Of a stretch of 62,718 nucleotides of DNA, positions 58,234 through 62,718 are shown in pieces; position 1 is the stretch's first letter; the number at the start of each line of letters is the position of its first letter. A model generated the notes under the pieces. That model saw only the letters and a program-made list of their open reading frames with translations, made no database searches and was not told where the DNA came from. A program made the translations under genes and the position numbers. The DNA comes from Promethearchaeota archaeon (GTDB taxonomy: Archaea > Asgardarchaeota > Lokiarchaeia > Sigyniarchaeales > SOKP01): assembly GCA_019057865.1 (NCBI GenBank), contig JAHLWP010000023.1, positions 1 through 62,718 of the forward strand. Direction: 5' to 3'.

Positions 58234-59010
58234 ATGCCTGATGATTTATATTTTATAGGTATCGACGTTGGGACGTCATATGTGAAATCTGTAATTTTAA
58301 ATAAATCTAAAGAGATAGTCGGTTCCTTCATTAAACGAACTGGTGCAACTATTGAGCATTCAAGTAAAATTGCTTTTGAAAAAGCTATTTCAATCGCTTC
58401 ATTATCTAGATCTGAAATTCAACATATTACATCTACTGGATTTGGGAAGAATAAAATTTCTTTTGCTAATATTACTAAAACTGAAATTAGTTGTCATGCA
58501 AAAGGAGCTTACCACTATTTTCCCGAAAAGATTACAATTATTGATATTGGAGGACAGGATACAAAAGTTATTAAACTAGACGGCAAGGGAAAAATTATTA
58601 GGTTCAAGATGAATAGAAAATGTGCTGCGGGAACAGGGGTGTTTATTGAAGAGATCGCAAATCGCCTTGATATCCCTCTAATTGAGATGAATAGTATGGC
58701 AGCTAAATCTACGAAAAATGTTCCTCTTGGAAGCTATTGTACTGTTTTTGCTAAGACAGAAATTCTTACTCGTATCAAAGAGGGAGAAAAAGTTGAAGAT
58801 TTGGTGAAGAGTGTATTTGAATCTGTTATAAGGAGAGTAATTGAGATGACAGAACTAGAGGGTACTCTAGTCCTTACTGGGGGTGTTATAGCTCATAATA
58901 GCATTATTGGTGAAATTCTGAAAAGAGAAATTAGAGCAGATATTCTGATTCCACCTAAACCTCAACTAATAGGAGCTATAGGAGCAGCACTATATGCAAT
59001 AGAGATGTGA
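58234..59010 (+). CDS. Acyl-CoA dehydratase activase (HgdC-like ASKHA ATPase)
   Basis: GIDVGTS, STGFG, TEISCHAKG, DIGGQDTK, MNRKCAAGTG and YCTVFA. Confidence 0.9.
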   Translation: MPDDLYFIGIDVGTSYVKSVILNKSKEIVGSFIKRTGATIEHSSKIAFEKAISIASLSRSEIQHITSTGFGKNKISFANITKTEISCHAKGAYHYFPEKITIIDIGGQDTKVIKLDGKGKIIRFKMNRKCAAGTGVFIEEIANRLDIPLIEMNSMAAKSTKNVPLGSYCTVFAKTEILTRIKEGEKVEDLVKSVFESVIRRVIEMTELEGTLVLTGGVIAHNSIIGEILKREIRADILIPPKPQLIGAIGAALYAIEM

Positions 59011-59055
59011 AACTAAAAAAAATTTAATAAAAATATTGAAAAAAAAAGTTAGTTT

Positions 59056-59580
59056 TTAACTTATTAATTTGCCGCCATATTCTTTTCGGGCTTGCTTTGT
59101 ATTCTCATTTGTAATATAAAAGCCTATAAAATAGCATATCAAAACAATAATAAAAGCTATTAATGCAGTCAAATAAAACCATCGAAATCGTTCTTCCATG
59201 AGATCAACAATCACCCATTTAAATACCCAAGAAACACCTCCGCCTAACATCACGAACAATATATCAAAGAATGCGTTAAGAAAGGTATCTTTCCTATTTT
59301 CGTATTTTAATCCAAGTCTCCATAAAATAATGTTTTCAAACAGTTCCCACACTATCGCTACAATTAGAACACCTAAATATATCCAACACCATCCTAATGT
59401 TGAAGGGATATCCGTGATATATTGATAGAGAGTAATCATTAAAGAAAGAATTGCAAACGATCCAATTCCTAAATCAATATGACCCCAACTATAAAAATCT
59501 ATGGGTGAACGGCCGACATAATCCTCAAGTAGTCCCACAAAGGGAACATAATGTGACTTTTTGGATTCTTCACTTGACAT
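59056..59580 (-). CDS. Integral membrane protein with H...ExxE...D motif (possible membrane metallohydrolase-like)
   Basis: About 4 TM segments; WGH, WELFEN and NAFFDI. Confidence 0.65.
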   Translation of the reverse strand: MSSEESKKSHYVPFVGLLEDYVGRSPIDFYSWGHIDLGIGSFAILSLMITLYQYITDIPSTLGWCWIYLGVLIVAIVWELFENIILWRLGLKYENRKDTFLNAFFDILFVMLGGGVSWVFKWVIVDLMEERFRWFYLTALIAFIIVLICYFIGFYITNENTKQARKEYGGKLIS

Positions 59581-60576
59581 ATTAAATCCTCTTTATTTTT
59601 AGATAAATCAAATCAAATTTTTAAAAAAATATATTTAAATTACAAATAAAATAGTCTTTTTTAATTTAAAATTGATCATATTATGTTTTATTTTTCATTG
59701 TGATTTTTGCAGAATTATAAAATTAATTCATTGGATTTAATAAAAACAACATAACTAAATTCAAAATTTTGATAAAAATAATTACAGATTTATGATTTTA
59801 TGTAAAACATTCATTAACCTCAAACTTTTATATTTAAAGTTAGTAAAGTTTATGTAGCATAGTTTTATAGTTTGAAATTATTTTGTATTAACAACCATTG
59901 TAGGAAATGTAAGAGAAATCATTAAAAAATAAACCCAGTATAACAACAATAAACAAAAATAGATTTTCTAAAAACATTTAATAATTTACGTTATCAAATT
60001 AAAATATTTAAAACTTTTGAGTGTTTTAAGGTAATTTTAAGCTTATTAAGAACTTAATAAAATGTTAATTTGTATCTATATGTAACTAATAGATCAAAAA
60101 TTTGTGTACAAATTCGGATTATATTTTTAGAAAAAAATGTTTTTTTTTCCATAATTTTAACGGAAATTTTTTTTTTTTAATTAAAATTATGAACTCTTTC
60201 GACTTATATTTTTTAACCAAGGATGTATTAAAGAAATATTAATTCTATAAATGCATAATAGTGGTATAGCAATTATATTTACAGAATAATCGAACAGAGC
60301 GTTCATAATTTTAACGAATTTTACGAAACATTTAATAGTCTAGATAACTAATTAATTACTAGAAAAAATTTTTTTTTTCTAAGGAGTGGAATGTTTCTTT
60401 TTTAGCCCATAATTATTCCTCCACGAAAATTTTGGTAAGATACATTCTAATACTCCTTGTTTTTTTCCCATCTTTTTAGTTCCAGCAATCTTATAACTTT
60501 AAAGTTAATTATCTTAACAATCAATTTTAATTAGTTGATAAATAAATGTTTAAATATCAAAGAAAAAATTTTTGAT

Positions 60577-61773
60577 TTATTCTTTAGATTTTAGTTTTTT
60601 TAATTCTTCTGTTATAACTGGAACAATTTGTAGAAGATCTCCAACCAATCCATAATGAGCAACTTTAAAAATTGGTGCATTTGGATCCTTATTGATTGCT
60701 ACTATAATTTCAGAATTCTGCATTCCTACTAAATGTTGAATTGCTCCAGAAATTCCACAAGCAATATATAATTTTGGAGATACAGTTTTTCCTGTTTGAC
60801 CTACTTGACGATCTTGATCTAACCAATTTAGTTCAACTGTTACTCGTGAACCCCCCATTTCCGCTCCAAGTACATTTGCAAGCTCTTTTATTAAATCAAA
60901 ACCTTCTTTTGACCCAACTCCTCTGCCTCCAGCTACAATGATATCTGCTTCTTCAAGATTGACGCTTATTTTTTGTTTTTCAATAGTCTTTACTATTTTT
61001 GTAATTGAAACTTTTTCTTTATATTGACTCTCAATTCTTTTTATCTTTACTTTTCGTTTATGCTCTTTGGTTACTGTAAAAATTCCTGGTCTTACTGTAG
61101 CCATTTGCGGTCTACTATTTGGAGTTCTAATTGTTGCCATGATATTTCCTCCAAATGTAGGGCGTGTTTGTAATAAATTATTTGTTTCTGGATCAATATC
61201 TAAACCTGTACAATCTGCCGTTAAACCGGCATTCAATCTTTTGGCTATTCTAGGTGCAAAGTCTCTCCCTGTTGGAGTAGCACCAATTAGTATTATTTCA
61301 GGTTTTTGCTCAGAAATTAATTCAGAGAGAATATTTACATACAAGTCTGAATAATAATTTCTTAATATAGGGGAACTAACATAAATTACCTCATCTGCTC
61401 CATAATTTCCAAATTCTTCTAATATATTATCAAATTTATCTCCTAATATTACAATAGAAAGCGTGACTCCTAATATATCAGCTAAATCTCTTCCTTTACC
61501 TAAAAGCTGATATGCTACTTTATGAATCTCGCCTTTGTAGTGCTCAGCAATTACCCAAACTCCTTTATATAGGCTCTTTTCAACTTTCTCAACATATTTT
61601 TCTCTTTCTAAAATAATCGCATCTACAGAGCATATCTCAACACAAGCTCCACATAAATTACACTCTCCTGTGATTACTGCTACATCGTCGATTACTTCAA
61701 TTCCTCCATAAGGACAACTAGAAACACAATCTGCACACCCAGTACAGAACTCTGAATCAATCTTTATGCTCAT
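60577..61773 (-). CDS. etfA: Electron transfer flavoprotein alpha subunit with N-terminal 2x[4Fe-4S] ferredoxin domain
   Basis: CTGCADCVSSCP and CNLCGACVEIC, then GLTADCT, RPQMATVRP, QVGQTG and GISGAIQH. Confidence 0.93.
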   Translation of the reverse strand: MSIKIDSEFCTGCADCVSSCPYGGIEVIDDVAVITGECNLCGACVEICSVDAIILEREKYVEKVEKSLYKGVWVIAEHYKGEIHKVAYQLLGKGRDLADILGVTLSIVILGDKFDNILEEFGNYGADEVIYVSSPILRNYYSDLYVNILSELISEQKPEIILIGATPTGRDFAPRIAKRLNAGLTADCTGLDIDPETNNLLQTRPTFGGNIMATIRTPNSRPQMATVRPGIFTVTKEHKRKVKIKRIESQYKEKVSITKIVKTIEKQKISVNLEEADIIVAGGRGVGSKEGFDLIKELANVLGAEMGGSRVTVELNWLDQDRQVGQTGKTVSPKLYIACGISGAIQHLVGMQNSEIIVAINKDPNAPIFKVAHYGLVGDLLQIVPVITEELKKLKSKE

Positions 61774-61802
61774 CTTATAGTCCTCATTAAAGTATTAAAG
61801 AA

Positions 61803-62612
61803 TTAAAAAACTTTATCATCTATTAAATTTTTAATTAATTTTTGCGTCATTTCCTCAGGAGTGCCGCTTAAAGAGATGTGTTCGCCTTTACGTTCAGGAA
61901 TGAAAATTTTCCAGACTTCTGTCATTGATCCATTTAATCCAATATTAACTTTATCTGCTCCTAAATCTTCTGAGTTCCAAAAAAATACTTCTTTCTTCTG
62001 ATATGCATCTACTATTCCTTTTATTCCTGGAATCCTTGGCTTATTTATTTCTTTTAAAACAGAAATTAATGCAGGTAATTTTGTTTCAATAATAGCAACT
62101 TCTTCTACTCTAAAAACTCGTTCCACTACAACTACATCATCTTTCTTTAATTCAAATTTAATAACATAGGTAATCTGAGGAATTACTAACTCTTCTGCTA
62201 ATTCTGGTCCTACTTGAGCGGTGTCTCCATCAATCGCTTGAGTTCCACAGATCACAATATATTTTTCATTTTCATTGGAATCTTTCAATAATTTGTTAAT
62301 TGCTAACGCTAAAGTATGAGATGTAGCTAAGGTATCTGCTCCTGCGAAAGCTTTATCTGTTAAGAGATAAGCTTTATCAACCCCCATAGCTAACACTTCA
62401 CGTAAGGCTTGCTCTGCTTGAGGAGGACCCATGCTGATGGCGATAACTTCACCACCATGAGTTTCTTTAATCGTTAATCCTAATTCAACAGCATGTTTGT
62501 CATGTGGATTAACAATAGATGGAATTCCTTCCCTTACTAAAGTATTAGTTTTAGGATCAATTTTTACCTCAGATACTCCGGGAACTTGTTTGATGCAAAC
62601 AAATATTTTCAT
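61803..62612 (-). CDS. etfB: Electron transfer flavoprotein beta subunit
   Basis: CIKQVP, NPHD, SMGPPQA, FAGADTLAT and QAIDGDTAQVGP. Confidence 0.93.
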   Translation of the reverse strand: MKIFVCIKQVPGVSEVKIDPKTNTLVREGIPSIVNPHDKHAVELGLTIKETHGGEVIAISMGPPQAEQALREVLAMGVDKAYLLTDKAFAGADTLATSHTLALAINKLLKDSNENEKYIVICGTQAIDGDTAQVGPELAEELVIPQITYVIKFELKKDDVVVVERVFRVEEVAIIETKLPALISVLKEINKPRIPGIKGIVDAYQKKEVFFWNSEDLGADKVNIGLNGSMTEVWKIFIPERKGEHISLSGTPEEMTQKLIKNLIDDKVF

Positions 62613-62718
62613 TTTTTTTTATAGAAGTATGTATTAATTGTTTCTTATATAATTTTAAATATTAAAAATCTTAAAAAAATAATTATAATATCTTTTTCTT
62701 AGACTTCTTGAATTTTAT

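Noticed and set aside
59581-60576. Replication origin or CRISPR array
   Set aside because: No ORB-like boxes, no adjacent orc1/cdc6, no regularly spaced repeats and no cas genes.
4471-61354. The many 60-111 aa ORFs nested in or antisense to longer genes (e.g. 4471-4806, 27216-27482, 44224-44484, 50971-51252, 57733-58023, 61067-61354)
   Set aside because: They overlap well-supported genes and carry no motifs, as expected for shadow ORFs.

Overview
AT-rich archaeal chromosomal segment, most likely from an Asgard archaeon of the Lokiarchaeia/Promethearchaeota type. This is inferred from archaeal eS1, uS15, GlmU and DRG genes, a longin/roadblock-like protein and many expanded acyl-CoA and Fe-S families. 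The left third holds housekeeping and lipid/acyl-CoA genes, a decaying SCP2-hgdB-hgdA fragment, an RNase III and a TFS paralogue lacking its catalytic ribbon. The centre holds two tandem ~1280-aa proteins with a ~950-aa TPR/alpha-SNAP-like solenoid fused to a C-terminal nitrilase (C-N hydrolase) domain with an intact E-K-C triad; this is my best candidate for an undescribed sensor-effector system. The right half is a ~28 kb anaerobic aromatic-degradation region: a Bzd-type class I benzoyl-CoA reductase operon (oah-dch-had-bzdNOPQ-ferredoxin-bzdV-like), then a CoA ligase, thiolase, MaoC hydratases, a 2-hydroxyacyl-CoA dehydratase and activase, a MoaD/W-AOR/Fe-S module and a ferredoxin-fused ETF. 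At least two genes (bzdP, aor) appear to need an ATA start codon. I recognised no tRNA, rRNA, CRISPR array or transposase. All calls come from reading motifs by eye; no database searches were run.
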